Shown piece by piece: positions 39,074-49,659 of a DNA stretch of 64,000 nucleotides; within the stretch, counting starts at the first letter, position 1, and every line of letters begins with the position of its first letter. The notes under the pieces are model-generated. The model had not been told where the DNA came from. It saw only the letters and a program-made list of their open reading frames with translations, and searched no databases. This stretch comes from Runella aurantiaca (GTDB taxonomy: Bacteria; Bacteroidota; Bacteroidia; Cytophagales; Spirosomataceae). The DNA lies in assembly GCF_003339505.1 (NCBI RefSeq), contig NZ_QPIW01000003.1, forward strand, positions 184,471 through 248,470. Reading direction: 5' to 3'. Made by a program: the position numbers and the translations under genes.

Positions 39074-41569
39074 CTAGCTAAGTGAGTAAACGGGAAGGTT
39101 TTCATGGTGAGTTTCTAACAAGGACGTAATGTCGTTGACCGTGTCTAAGTGATTTGCTAAAGGATTATAAGGCACAAACTCCCCATTTCTAAACACTGAA
39201 ATTTCCTGTGTTTCGGGGTTTATCACGGCCAAATTGACCCATTCGTTGATAAACCACTCATACGTTGCGGGATTTTTTTGAATCGTTTTCAAGACTAATT
39301 CTGGGAAGTGTTCCACAATCATCAGAAGACGCACTGGGTCGTGTACCTCAATCATTTGGCTCGGCAGTCCAGGACGCAAATCGCCGTCGATTCCGTTGGC
39401 AACGCCAAAAAGTCCCATTACATTGTGCGGCAATTTGGTTCCTGCACCGAGTTTTTGATTATCTACGCGTGAGAAAAAGTACTCCAGATTAATGCCTCCG
39501 CACACGGGCGCGGCCGCGTTGAGAATATTGAGTAGGTACTTTCCTTCGGGGTCTACTTGGTAGTCAAACGAATTTAAAAACGCTCGTCTGTCCAGAAAAA
39601 CATCTTTCGATAAGCTCCGCCGGCCAATGATACAAAGGGCGTTGGTGGCGTGGTTGAGCTCAGGCCGAGGCTCAAACAACGATACTGAGCGGGTTCTTAT
39701 CTTTTCGTGGATTTTTTGAGGGCTCAGTGTGGTATCAATGGATTCAAATCTCCGAGAGCGTTCTTTGGCGTTATAATCCAACGCTTTCTCAAAAATTGTT
39801 TCATTCTTTTTGTGTCTTTCCTGATTTTTGGGCGAGAGCGTATTTTCGTCAAAGTACACTATTTCGTCGCGGGTGGTATCGTGAAGACCTCCTATAAACT
39901 GGGTATCGGCAGGAATCACAATGCCTCGGTCGCTCAAAATAGCCCTGACTTTGGGGTGGTTGGCCATGAAAGAAATCACCCGGGAGTTGACCGAGCCAGC
40001 CCGACCCGCGCAGGCACCACAGTCGTAGGCGGCGTAGTGAGGGTTGTTTACGCTGCTCGCTCCGTGTCCAATCACGTATACAATAGGCGCAAAATTATCT
40101 ACTAAACCAATACTTTTTAGCAGGTTTTCGACACGAATGGCCATTTCGTCAATCGTGAACCCAATTTGAAGGTTGTTTTCGTGGTGATTGGCATGTTTGT
40201 TTTCGATGGTAAGCGTCGAAAACCGGTCCATGTGTTTAAAAGAAGACGCCGTAGCGGGACTCATCGAAGGCCGAAAGATATTGATAAACAGCTTCGCGGC
40301 CGACCAAAATCCCAGCGTTTGAGAAATCAGCCAACCTCCGTAAAAAGAGTGGGAGTGTTTGCTGAAATGCACATCTTTTTTGCGTCGGTGTTTGTTGCCT
40401 ATTTCTTTAATTAAGTATTTGGGCGTGACGGGAGCGGGGCAAACTTTGGTATAAAATTTCCCGTCTTCGGGTTGATAGAAGAACTCCACCCCAAAAAAAC
40501 CAGGCGTACCAAATGTCGCGCAGGCAGGGTCAAACTCTTCCAGATAGCGGCGCAGGGAGCATTCACGGTCGTCGATACAAAACATGGCCTGAAAGCTTTT
40601 GCGAGAGCTATCAACGCTCTCCTTCTTTTTGTTTTGGAGTCCCGTTAGTACTTGGTCATAATAACTCCATTCAAAAGCCTCCTGCCACAGCGAAAGCACT
40701 TCGTTCAGTTCGGTTTTTTCGACGGGGGCAAAAAGCGGTGTTGGCGCTTGAATCATGCGCTCTTTTAACGGTTGCCAATCTCCACCGCAGTGAAAGTCGA
40801 GGGCGTCGATTTCCAACAAAAGTTCAAACACAACCACATCATGGAGTGATATTTTGCGGCGGTCGAGCAATGTTTGTGGTTGGTCTTCAATGGCCGATAC
40901 CATCCCCGACCATCCCTGATGCGCGAATTGCTGATCGTAGAGGTATTGTTGATATAATTCTTTTTTGCCTACCAGAATTTTCAACAACGAGCTGATTTCG
41001 CAACTATTGTTTAAAAGCAAATCTTTGGCGCGAGAAGCCCTAAAAATGCTCGAAAAACTATTTTTTTCGAGCTCCCGCATGGAAGCAAGAAACGTTTTGT
41101 CTTTAATGGGGAAATTCCAAATCGAAATGCCTTGGTCAAGATAACTGCAAAGCACTCGGAAAAGAATCGGATGCACGAGAGAATCCAAATCAATGCGGTA
41201 ATGCTTTTTCCAGTTGGCCCGCAATGCGCCAACCCTCGGTAAGGCCGCAGGAGCGTATTTTTTGGAAATAAGGTTGTTTTGCCATTCCTTAAGGGCTTTT
41301 GTTCCTTTCTTTTCGACAATGATTTTGTCAAGCACCTCTTTTTTGATGCGCTCCGACTTATATAATTCACGAAATTCATCCAGCGAAAGCGAGACTTTGT
41401 ATCCAAACAATTCAGATGCTCTTTGTGTAGCTTCGTAGAATTTGTCCGTCTGAAATGCGTGTAGCGTATTGTGGTGGATAAAGTCTTTGAGTGGCGCTTG
41501 AGCAGGCAAGAAGTGCTTCAAATCATGGAGTACTGCGTGTTCATCGAACAATGAATCATGTGTTTTCAT
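39074..41569 (-). CDS. dabA: DabA (DUF2309) cytoplasmic subunit of the DAB inorganic-carbon pump
   Basis: 831 aa. 'DFIHHNTLHAF' and 'VIGHGASSVNNPHYAAYDCGACAG' match DUF2309 signatures with Cys/His candidate zinc ligands. Confidence 0.75.
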   Translation of the reverse strand: MKTHDSLFDEHAVLHDLKHFLPAQAPLKDFIHHNTLHAFQTDKFYEATQRASELFGYKVSLSLDEFRELYKSERIKKEVLDKIIVEKKGTKALKEWQNNLISKKYAPAALPRVGALRANWKKHYRIDLDSLVHPILFRVLCSYLDQGISIWNFPIKDKTFLASMRELEKNSFSSIFRASRAKDLLLNNSCEISSLLKILVGKKELYQQYLYDQQFAHQGWSGMVSAIEDQPQTLLDRRKISLHDVVVFELLLEIDALDFHCGGDWQPLKERMIQAPTPLFAPVEKTELNEVLSLWQEAFEWSYYDQVLTGLQNKKKESVDSSRKSFQAMFCIDDRECSLRRYLEEFDPACATFGTPGFFGVEFFYQPEDGKFYTKVCPAPVTPKYLIKEIGNKHRRKKDVHFSKHSHSFYGGWLISQTLGFWSAAKLFINIFRPSMSPATASSFKHMDRFSTLTIENKHANHHENNLQIGFTIDEMAIRVENLLKSIGLVDNFAPIVYVIGHGASSVNNPHYAAYDCGACAGRAGSVNSRVISFMANHPKVRAILSDRGIVIPADTQFIGGLHDTTRDEIVYFDENTLSPKNQERHKKNETIFEKALDYNAKERSRRFESIDTTLSPQKIHEKIRTRSVSLFEPRPELNHATNALCIIGRRSLSKDVFLDRRAFLNSFDYQVDPEGKYLLNILNAAAPVCGGINLEYFFSRVDNQKLGAGTKLPHNVMGLFGVANGIDGDLRPGLPSQMIEVHDPVRLLMIVEHFPELVLKTIQKNPATYEWFINEWVNLAVINPETQEISVFRNGEFVPYNPLANHLDTVNDITSLLETHHENLPVYSLS

Positions 41570-42033
41570 GTACTTAACTATGGTGTTTACTATGAACTCA
41601 GTAGACGGATTGAGTAACGGCAGCTGAGCAATCGGGCGTGGCCGTTTTTGCTAATGAATATTCAAATCTACGCGGAGAAGAATTTCGAGAGATTAATTTG
41701 CCATTAAAATAGAAATAGTACTTTATTTTCCAATACCAAAACTTTGCTTTGTTGAAAATAAAAACAAAAACAATTTGTATTTAATGATTTGATTATTAAA
41801 TGATTAATGTCAGTATTTTGGTTTTGATGATAGAAAAATAGCCGTAAAATTTAGAACTGCACCATCTTTTTTTAATTCTATTTTAATGTATTGATTTTGA
41901 ATATTTTTGAGATTTTCTGGCCTCATCCCTGAAAATTCAAAAGTAGATTGTCATTTTTACAGTATCTTATGCCCTCTCAATCATTTCCAATCCATTGCTT
42001 TCAACCGCCCATTTGTTTTTAAAATACGTTAGA

Positions 42034-42594
42034 ATGAAGAATAATAAACTGACTAACCGAGCGCTTATCGTCGTTTTTATTTTGTGTTTTGCTGCTTCGT
42101 CGCTGTTCGCACAACAACCCCCGAGTTCTCGGAGAGATACTGCTTTTTTTCAACCTCTGCTGGAAAATGTTCATTTAAAACCCATTATCATTGGCAGCAA
42201 CGGCCGGTATTATTACGGTGGACAACGCCTCCGTAACCAATATTCGCTTGAAATTCCTTTTGGTGAAATGGATGACCCAGCCGTGAATCGTTATTTTACT
42301 CGGGCACGCACCATACGCGCGGTTGGCTCCGTAATATCGGCTTTGCCGGGTATCTACTTCTTGGTTACGTCGCGCTCGGTGGGTGGAAGAGGTGTGAGTC
42401 GTCAAACGTTCTGGATTACATATTTTGGGGCTATCGGTGTTTCGTTGACTTCCAATCTCGTTGCAAACGCTCAACTGCGGCGAGCCGTCAATACCTACAA
42501 TTCGCGTTTGGGCCGGCCCCGCATTGGGCTTTCGGCCGAACCCTTACAGAACAACGCGGTGGCGTTTGGCCTTCGTTTGAAGAAGGAATTTTAA
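42034..42594 (+). CDS. hypothetical secreted protein
   Basis: The track ORF starts at a TTG (41995). The internal ATG at 42034 gives MKNNKLTNRALIVVFILCFAASSLFAQ, a signal peptide. Confidence 0.5.
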   Translation: MKNNKLTNRALIVVFILCFAASSLFAQQPPSSRRDTAFFQPLLENVHLKPIIIGSNGRYYYGGQRLRNQYSLEIPFGEMDDPAVNRYFTRARTIRAVGSVISALPGIYFLVTSRSVGGRGVSRQTFWITYFGAIGVSLTSNLVANAQLRRAVNTYNSRLGRPRIGLSAEPLQNNAVAFGLRLKKEF

Positions 42595-42631
42595 TCAGTA
42601 AGGGCAGGCCTTGCGTCTGCCCCTATAATAT

Positions 42632-43498
42632 TTACGAAAATTTATCGCGCTGGGCTACGTAGAGGCCCGAAATTACCAAGGCTGTTCCCGCAAAAGTGTG
42701 CCAAGAGAGCGGTTCATCGAGCAGGAGGTTGGAATAGGTAAATCCAAAAATGGGGCACAAAAATAGCCAAAGTGAAGCCTTTACCGCATCAAGACGCAAC
42801 AAATAAAACCAAAGTTGCAGCGAAATAACCGACACTGGAATAATTAGCCACGCCACGGAAGCCCAAAATTGAATATCCCATTGCGTACGTTGCCAATCGG
42901 CAAAATAGATGGTAAATGGCAACAACATCAGTCCACCGAGCATCACTTGCCAACCGTTAATCAACAGGTTGGACAATTGCCATTTTACTTTAGAATAATA
43001 GACACTTGCCGCCGACACAGCCACAATCCCCGCCATCAGAATGGATAATCCTTTTGCGCTGGCGTAGCTGTTTTGAAGCAAAGGCCAAGTGGCCATGGCT
43101 GCCCCCGACAGGCCAAGTACTACGCCAACCGCCTCGTACCAGCGCAATCGACGCTGGAGCCAAAACGCCGAAATGATAATCACAAAAAGTGGACCCGTGG
43201 CCGTTGAAAGACTGCCGATGCCCGCCGCAACCTCGCGCATTGAAATCACAAAGGCACTCAAATACAGCGTTGTATTGAGAAAGGCAAAAATGAGGAGTTG
43301 GCCCCATTCTTTGCCCTTGGGCAGCGGATTTTTACGCCCTTGCACCACGTAAGCGAAGCCGAGCATCAAACCACCCGCAATCAAAAAACGCACATTGGCC
43401 AAAATGAGTGGGTCGGCTGATCTGATGCCGAATTTAGTGGCTACCGAAGCCGACGCCCACAAAGCCGCAAAAAATAAGCCAATGATAATATTTTTCAA
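42632..43498 (-). CDS. EamA/DMT-family transporter
   Basis: About 10 predicted TM helices in two EamA-like halves. 288 aa. Confidence 0.8.
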   Translation of the reverse strand: MKNIIIGLFFAALWASASVATKFGIRSADPLILANVRFLIAGGLMLGFAYVVQGRKNPLPKGKEWGQLLIFAFLNTTLYLSAFVISMREVAAGIGSLSTATGPLFVIIISAFWLQRRLRWYEAVGVVLGLSGAAMATWPLLQNSYASAKGLSILMAGIVAVSAASVYYSKVKWQLSNLLINGWQVMLGGLMLLPFTIYFADWQRTQWDIQFWASVAWLIIPVSVISLQLWFYLLRLDAVKASLWLFLCPIFGFTYSNLLLDEPLSWHTFAGTALVISGLYVAQRDKFS

Positions 43499-43553
43499 GA
43501 AAGTAAAGGTGGGTTATAAAGTGAGCAAAAGGTGTGGTTAACGCGTCAAAGTA

Positions 43554-44660
43554 TTATTTACAGTGTTGATCGTATTTGGTAGAAGATGCTTCGTCGCCCA
43601 AAGATTGTCCTTGTCGCCACATTTTGCAGGCTTTTTCTTTTTGACTGTTTAACAAAAGTGCTTCGCCGAGCCAAGCGTGAATCTGGTCGGTGGAAGGGTC
43701 GAGATTATACGCCTTTTGGAGTGCTTCCAAAGCCTCGGCTTTTTGGCCTTTACGGAGAAAATATAGACCTACATTGCGGTGTGCATAACTGTTTTTGGGC
43801 GATTTGGTCAGCGACTGGTCAATCAGTTTTTTGGCTTCTTCCAACTGATTTTGCAGCAGCAGTACGTAACCCTTGTTGTTTAAATAAATCGGGTTGACTA
43901 CGTCAAAATCCAAGGCCCGATTAATGAATTGCAGGGCTTTCTCGGGTTGGTTATTGCGCGCAAAAATCAAGGCCAAGTTATTGTAAGCCAAATCCTGTTG
44001 TGGATTAAGCTTGAGAGCACTTTCGAAATCGTCTTGTGCTTCTTTAAAATTTTTCTTGGCAAAATAAACAACTCCCCGGTTGACCCGCGCCTGCTCGTTT
44101 CCTGCCTGCAAAGCAAGCGCACGGTCGTATTCCGAAAGCGCCTGTTCGTAATAACCCTGTTGGGATTTTAAATCGCCCCATTTTAAGTAATAATTGGAGG
44201 AATCTTGGTACACCTTACGAATCTGCTCTAAATCGGCCGCCGCTATCGACAACTCACTTTTATCAATCAACACACCCGCCCGGTTGAAATAAGCTTCGGC
44301 AAAGTCTTTATCAATCTCCAGCGCCTGATTAAAATCCTCCAGCGCCTTGTCCCACTCGCCTATCCGCAAATAAGCAATCCCACGATTGCTGTGAACATCC
44401 GCAAAATCCTTTTTTTTCTCCAAAGCCTCGTTGTAGTAGCGAATGGCATTGGCGTATTCTTTTTGTTCCAGCGCGAGATTCCCCTTTAAAAAAAATTGCG
44501 CTGCTTCGCTCTGATTTTGGTCAGAACAAGCCGTGAGAACCAGTGTAAAGAAGAATAAAATGAAAACGTAACCCGAAAAAATGAACTGAATGAAAGTTTT
44601 TCGGGTGGGGGCTTTTTTGAAGAAAAATGTGGCCATAAACAATCGATATTGAAGTCGCAA
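43554..44660 (-). CDS. TPR-repeat lipoprotein
   Basis: LVLTACSDQ lipobox. Multiple 34-aa TPR units (YxxAIxYYNxALExxP…). Confidence 0.8.
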   Translation of the reverse strand: MRLQYRLFMATFFFKKAPTRKTFIQFIFSGYVFILFFFTLVLTACSDQNQSEAAQFFLKGNLALEQKEYANAIRYYNEALEKKKDFADVHSNRGIAYLRIGEWDKALEDFNQALEIDKDFAEAYFNRAGVLIDKSELSIAAADLEQIRKVYQDSSNYYLKWGDLKSQQGYYEQALSEYDRALALQAGNEQARVNRGVVYFAKKNFKEAQDDFESALKLNPQQDLAYNNLALIFARNNQPEKALQFINRALDFDVVNPIYLNNKGYVLLLQNQLEEAKKLIDQSLTKSPKNSYAHRNVGLYFLRKGQKAEALEALQKAYNLDPSTDQIHAWLGEALLLNSQKEKACKMWRQGQSLGDEASSTKYDQHCK

Positions 44661-44915
44661 AGATAATGCCTTCCTCGGAGGTTTTACCGAAACTGCTTTT
44701 TTTAATTAAAACCTCTTTTATTGGAAAAGTCATACGAAAAAAGCTGCTCTTTTTGAGGCTTTAAAGTAACTAATTTTGGGTGTAAAATAAGTTAATTAAC
44801 TATCTGTTAATTAGGAAAATATGCTACAATGTGGAGCTGGTTTAGGAGGAACTTTTAATTGTGTTTTTTCGTTGTTTATTTACAATGATGTTTTATTGAA
44901 ATAATACCAAAAACA

Positions 44916-45920
44916 ATGATAAAGCAGCCAGAAAATCAATTAATAAATGCTGATGAGCAGTGGCAAAAATCCATTCCTGCGCAGGTGTTTTTAAATCACT
45001 TTAGAGGGATTGATTACCACATTCGTCACTTGGTAGGTTCTAACAAAATCGGGCATTTGGCAGGGTTGCGCAGGTTCCGCCCAAAGCAGGAAGCTGAACG
45101 CCTAAATCTCACCAGAAAATGGCTCCTCAACGCGTGGAATGCGGAGTATACATTGCGAACCACCGCCGCCAATCCTGACGAGAATTTCCTCAAATATGCC
45201 CTTCACTCCACCTTCCCGCAGGCGTATTATAGCGTGTTGTATAGCGCCAAGGCTTTCCTGTCCATTCAGGGGATTAATGTGAATGCCGAAGCCATTATCA
45301 GGCAGATTATCAACGGGTACGTGGTCAAAGGCTGGTATCCCAAATCGGTGAGTTTTTACGCAGAGGGGCCCGTTGGGCACTATACCCTTCATCATTTGCT
45401 TGATAGTGATGAGCAAGCTCTTTTATTGCCCATCCAAACGCCTAAGCAGGCGGAAGCACACGTGGCTCAATTTCTGAAAACCACGCGTAACTTATCGGCG
45501 CGGGCGTTTCGGCAGCGTTTACAGGCCAATCCTGAAAAGGCACTCCGTACCAAGAAGGGAAAGATATTGACGAAGTTTGGCGTACGAAATTGGGAACAAA
45601 TTGCTAAAAGTATGGGTGTTACGACTTATTTTGACATCATGGCAAGACTAAAAGTATCGGGTAGTCAGCGCCAATTAGAGCGGTTTGTTGAAGCAGATAT
45701 TGATATTTCCCAATTTCACCATTCGTTGCTCAACATCGTGAAATACCTCAATTTTGTGCATGAATGTTATGTAGCAAAAGCGGTAGGAATAGACCAATAT
45801 TCGCAGTGGATTGATGCGCTTCCTGCTTATTTGCGCGATGGATTCGTAAAACAACGCTTAGAACTAAACACCCGACCGTTGTTGGATTCGCTCTGGCCCA
45901 ATCGACGACTTACTACTTAA
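44916..45920 (+). CDS. hypothetical protein (334 aa, no recognised motif)
   Basis: Long ORF with Bacteroidota-like codon usage and no conserved catalytic signature visible. Confidence 0.4.
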   Translation: MIKQPENQLINADEQWQKSIPAQVFLNHFRGIDYHIRHLVGSNKIGHLAGLRRFRPKQEAERLNLTRKWLLNAWNAEYTLRTTAANPDENFLKYALHSTFPQAYYSVLYSAKAFLSIQGINVNAEAIIRQIINGYVVKGWYPKSVSFYAEGPVGHYTLHHLLDSDEQALLLPIQTPKQAEAHVAQFLKTTRNLSARAFRQRLQANPEKALRTKKGKILTKFGVRNWEQIAKSMGVTTYFDIMARLKVSGSQRQLERFVEADIDISQFHHSLLNIVKYLNFVHECYVAKAVGIDQYSQWIDALPAYLRDGFVKQRLELNTRPLLDSLWPNRRLTT

Positions 45921-45978
45921 ATTAAAAGCCCGACCATATTTGGCAGGGCTTTTAATTTAGGCGCTGTTATATATAAAA

Positions 45979-47493
45979 CTAAAACACGTCGTCGTCATCA
46001 TCAGCATCGGGGCCCGAAAACATACTGCTGAGCAAATCTTTAAAATGAAGCCCATTGTCCATCGCTTGCTTGCCCACGAGTGAGTATTCGGCCATTCCGT
46101 GCAGGGCAAATTCCATTAAAAACAGTTTTTCTTCGCGACCCAATCCCCGGTGGAAATCATCCACCAAGTCGTCCAGACCTTCAATGGTACGCAAACGCGC
46201 TTCGTATTCGCGGTTGGTGAGGTCGCTCAAAATATCCATTTCATTTTCACCAAACCAATCCTGGATTTTTTGGAAAGGGTTTTTAGCTCCTTTTTTCTTT
46301 TTCAGGGATTCAGGATTGATGAAATAATTCAGGAATTGGGTACGAATGGCTTTGCCAATCAGGTTTTGGGCCACAATTACGGGCCCTTCTACTTCACCTT
46401 CATAGACCAGCTCTACCTTTCCACAGATGGCGGGCACTACGCCATAAAGGTCAGAAATACGTACGTAGGTTTCTTTTTCACCGTTGAGAAGCACACGCCG
46501 TTCCGCCGCCGAAAGTAGGTTTTCGTAAGCCGCAATCGTTAGGCGAGCCGACACCCCGCTTTTAGAATCCACGTACTCGCTTTCGCGGGCTTCAAAGGCA
46601 ATCTGCTCAATCAAATCTTTGATGATTTCATTGGTCTTAATCATGCCTTTTTGTTCAGTTTTGACAATCGCCTCTTGCTGCGTAATCTTGCGGCCTATTT
46701 CGAGCGACTTAGGATAGTGCGTAACAATTTGACTGTCAATCCGGTCTTTCAGAGGAGTCACAATGCTCCCGCGATTGGTATAGTCTTCGGGGTTGGCGGT
46801 AAATACAAATTGAATATCCAGTGGTAAACGAAGTTTAAAACCACGAATCTGAATATCTCCTTCTTGCAAAATATTGAACAAAGAAACCTGAATACGTGCC
46901 TGTAAATCGGGTAACTCGTTGATGACAAAGATACAACGGTGCGAACGCGGAATAAGTCCAAAATGGATAACCCGCTCATCCGAATAAGGAAGCTTGAGCG
47001 TAGCCGCTTTGATGGGGTCAACATCGCCAATTAAGTCAGCGATGGAAACGTCGGGCGTGGCGAGTTTTTCGGCGTAGCGATCGTCGCGGTGCATCCACCC
47101 AATTGGGGTATCGTCTCCTTTTTCATGGATGATATCCCGGGCAAAACGCGAAAGTGGCTCCAAAGGGTCGTCGTTCAGGTCTGAGCCAGCCACCACCGGA
47201 ATGTACTCATCCAACAAATTGACCATTAATCGTGCAATACGTGTTTTGGCCTGCCCTCTCAGTCCCAATAGATTGATGTGGTGCATTGACAAAATCGCCC
47301 GTTCCACATCAGGAATAACGGTATCTTCATATCCCCAAATACCCGGAAAAACCGATTCTTTGGCCCGTAATTTTTCAATAAGATTATCTCTTAATTCCTG
47401 TTTAATGGATTTTGGCTGATAACCCGCCGCTTTTAACTCTCCAAGCGTGTGGATTTTGAGAAGCTGTTTAGACTTCAACTCACGATAGGTCAT
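45979..47493 (-). CDS. AAA+ ATPase, MoxR/Mg-chelatase-like (likely start MTYRELKSK at 47493)
   Basis: Walker A-like 'GLRGQAKT' (GxxGxAKT as in MoxR/ChlI), 'CIFVINELPD' Walker B-like, and an acidic C-terminal tail DADDDDDVF. Confidence 0.5.
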   Translation of the reverse strand: MTYRELKSKQLLKIHTLGELKAAGYQPKSIKQELRDNLIEKLRAKESVFPGIWGYEDTVIPDVERAILSMHHINLLGLRGQAKTRIARLMVNLLDEYIPVVAGSDLNDDPLEPLSRFARDIIHEKGDDTPIGWMHRDDRYAEKLATPDVSIADLIGDVDPIKAATLKLPYSDERVIHFGLIPRSHRCIFVINELPDLQARIQVSLFNILQEGDIQIRGFKLRLPLDIQFVFTANPEDYTNRGSIVTPLKDRIDSQIVTHYPKSLEIGRKITQQEAIVKTEQKGMIKTNEIIKDLIEQIAFEARESEYVDSKSGVSARLTIAAYENLLSAAERRVLLNGEKETYVRISDLYGVVPAICGKVELVYEGEVEGPVIVAQNLIGKAIRTQFLNYFINPESLKKKKGAKNPFQKIQDWFGENEMDILSDLTNREYEARLRTIEGLDDLVDDFHRGLGREEKLFLMEFALHGMAEYSLVGKQAMDNGLHFKDLLSSMFSGPDADDDDDVF

Positions 47494-47688
47494 ATTGTCG
47501 AAAAATTGGTTAGTTTGGGTATGTGTGTGTAACAGCCCAAAGGATAGAATAGTTTTGCATAGCTTCCCGAAAGTTAACAACTTTAAGTAAGTTTAGAGAT
47601 TGCCGAGCAGTTTTTTATCCTGTTCATTTGCAACCTATTTCATTTTTCCGATATTTGTTCATACTCTGCTTGCAGAATAAATCAACCA

Positions 47689-49035
47689 TTGAGAACCATT
47701 ATGCAAATTGTTCAACAACTTCTTTTTGTCGCAGCACTCGGCCTCACGTCTTGGCTGATTAGCAAACGCATCGGGATTATTAAAAAGACGATTCAACTCG
47801 GCAAAGCCGTTGATCGGACCGACCGCCCTGCCGAACGATTGTCTACCATGCTACGGGTGGCTTTTGCGCAAAAGAAGATGTTTGACCGCCCCATTGTGGG
47901 TCTAATGCACTTTGTGATTTACGCGGGTTTTTTGCTCATCAACGTTGAAGTGCTCGAAATCGTGTTGGATGGGGTATTTGGCACTCACCGGTTGTTTGCC
48001 CCATTATTGGGCGATTTTTACCCAATCCTCATCAATTTCTTTGAGTTTTTGGCCGTGGGTGTACTCGCCGTCTGCGTCATTTTTCTGATTCGGCGCAACA
48101 TCACCAAAGTAGAGCGCCTTCAACCCACTCGTCACCGTGAGCTGAACGGCTGGCCTGCACTGGATGCCAATACCATTTTAGGCATTGAAATTGTGCTGAT
48201 GCTAGCAATTTTGAGCATGAATGCCGCCGATAGCTTATTACAAGAACGCGGTGCGGAGCATTATCCATTAGTAGGAGGTTTCTTTTTTAGCGGGTTCCTG
48301 CAACCTATCTTTACCAATCTTTCGGATGGCGCTTTGGTAGCAGTAGAGCGCGTCGCGTGGTGGGCGCACATTTTGGGCATTTTTGGCTTCGCGTTGTACG
48401 TAACTTATTCTAAGCATTTGCACATTTTTTTGGCGTTCCCCAATACCTATTTTACCAATTTAACTCCCAAAGGTGAAATGTCAAACATGCCAGATATTAC
48501 CAAAGAAGTCAAAATCATGTTGGGACTTGAACAACCGGATGCCAATGAAGTGCCCGCCGAAATCGGGCGTTTTGGCGCCAAAGATGTGGCTGATTTAAGC
48601 TGGAAAAATCTCATGGATGCGTACTCTTGCACGGAGTGCGGCCGATGTACGTCGGCCTGTCCGGCAAACATTACGGGCAAAAAACTCTCTCCGCGCAAAA
48701 TCATGATGGATACCCGCGACCGTTTGGAAGATGTCGGTAAAAACATGCTGGCCAACGGGGGAGAGTTTAAGGACGATGGCAAAAGCCTGCTTGGTGATTA
48801 TATTTCAGAAGAAGAAATTTTGGCGTGTACTACCTGCAACGCTTGCGTGCAAGAGTGCCCCGTGCTAATCAATCCATTAGAAATTATTCTGCAATTGCGC
48901 CGCTACAAAATCATGGATGAAGCCCAAGCGCCGGGCTCATGGAATGGCATGTTTAACAACCTTGAAACTAACCAAGCTCCGTGGAAATTTTCGCCAGACG
49001 ACCGTTTCAATTGGGCTGATAATCTTAAAAGCTAA
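47689..49035 (+). CDS. membrane-anchored (Fe-S)-binding oxidoreductase (N-terminal TM domain + two CxxCxxCxxxCP clusters)
   Basis: 'CTECGRCTSACP' and 'CTTCNACVQECP' with 5-6 N-terminal TM helices. Confidence 0.75.
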   Translation: MRTIMQIVQQLLFVAALGLTSWLISKRIGIIKKTIQLGKAVDRTDRPAERLSTMLRVAFAQKKMFDRPIVGLMHFVIYAGFLLINVEVLEIVLDGVFGTHRLFAPLLGDFYPILINFFEFLAVGVLAVCVIFLIRRNITKVERLQPTRHRELNGWPALDANTILGIEIVLMLAILSMNAADSLLQERGAEHYPLVGGFFFSGFLQPIFTNLSDGALVAVERVAWWAHILGIFGFALYVTYSKHLHIFLAFPNTYFTNLTPKGEMSNMPDITKEVKIMLGLEQPDANEVPAEIGRFGAKDVADLSWKNLMDAYSCTECGRCTSACPANITGKKLSPRKIMMDTRDRLEDVGKNMLANGGEFKDDGKSLLGDYISEEEILACTTCNACVQECPVLINPLEIILQLRRYKIMDEAQAPGSWNGMFNNLETNQAPWKFSPDDRFNWADNLKS

Positions 49036-49352
49036 TGGCGGAGATATACATTTTTGGAATTACGGGTAGCTTGTTGATTGGCTTAGGGGTGTTTATTTGG
49101 AAAAAACAGGCGCTTTATCTGCTTTCTAACTTTCCGCATGACCCCAACAAACTAACTGACCCAGCGGGTCTGGCTCGTTGGGCTGGGATTTTTATCATTT
49201 TTATAGGGCTGATTTTTTTTATTTCGGGCGGGTTGGCTATGTGGCTGAAAGGAACAAAATATGAGTTGCTCACTATCGTATTTCTTTTGATTTCTACATT
49301 TTTACTTACCATAACTTATCTCATTGGTGGACAACGATTCGTGAAAAAGTAA
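49035..49352 (+). CDS. small membrane protein (3 TM)
   Basis: Its ATG overlaps the upstream TAA (tAATGg). Hydrophobic helices. Confidence 0.5.
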   Translation: MAEIYIFGITGSLLIGLGVFIWKKQALYLLSNFPHDPNKLTDPAGLARWAGIFIIFIGLIFFISGGLAMWLKGTKYELLTIVFLLISTFLLTITYLIGGQRFVKK

Positions 49353-49386
49353 GGCCGATTTTCACTGGAAGGCTATAAAATGCAAA

Positions 49387-49418
49387 AACGGGACAGTTGC
49401 CTGCCCCGTTTTTTTTAG
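49387..49418 (+). terminator. rho-independent terminator (aacgggacag-ttgc-ctgccccgtt + T8)
   Basis: GC-rich hairpin followed by ttttttttagtttttt, downstream of the small membrane protein gene. Confidence 0.7.
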
Positions 49419-49659
49419 TTTTTTGAGTAAGTTTCTTGTTTGCACCTTAGTTCACCAAAATTTTTAAGGAAACTAATCATCAATCATTCACTTGAATCCT
49501 GATTTTTAACTTGCTTAAACCACTTTGTGACTGCTTTTCAGCATTTGAGACGCTTTTGGCGTTTCTTACTCACTGTTTTATTTCCTATTTCTAAAAATAA
49601 AAGCACTGAACGAAAAGAAACACTTACCCAAAGAACAGTACGAATATAGTTCTTTTTTT

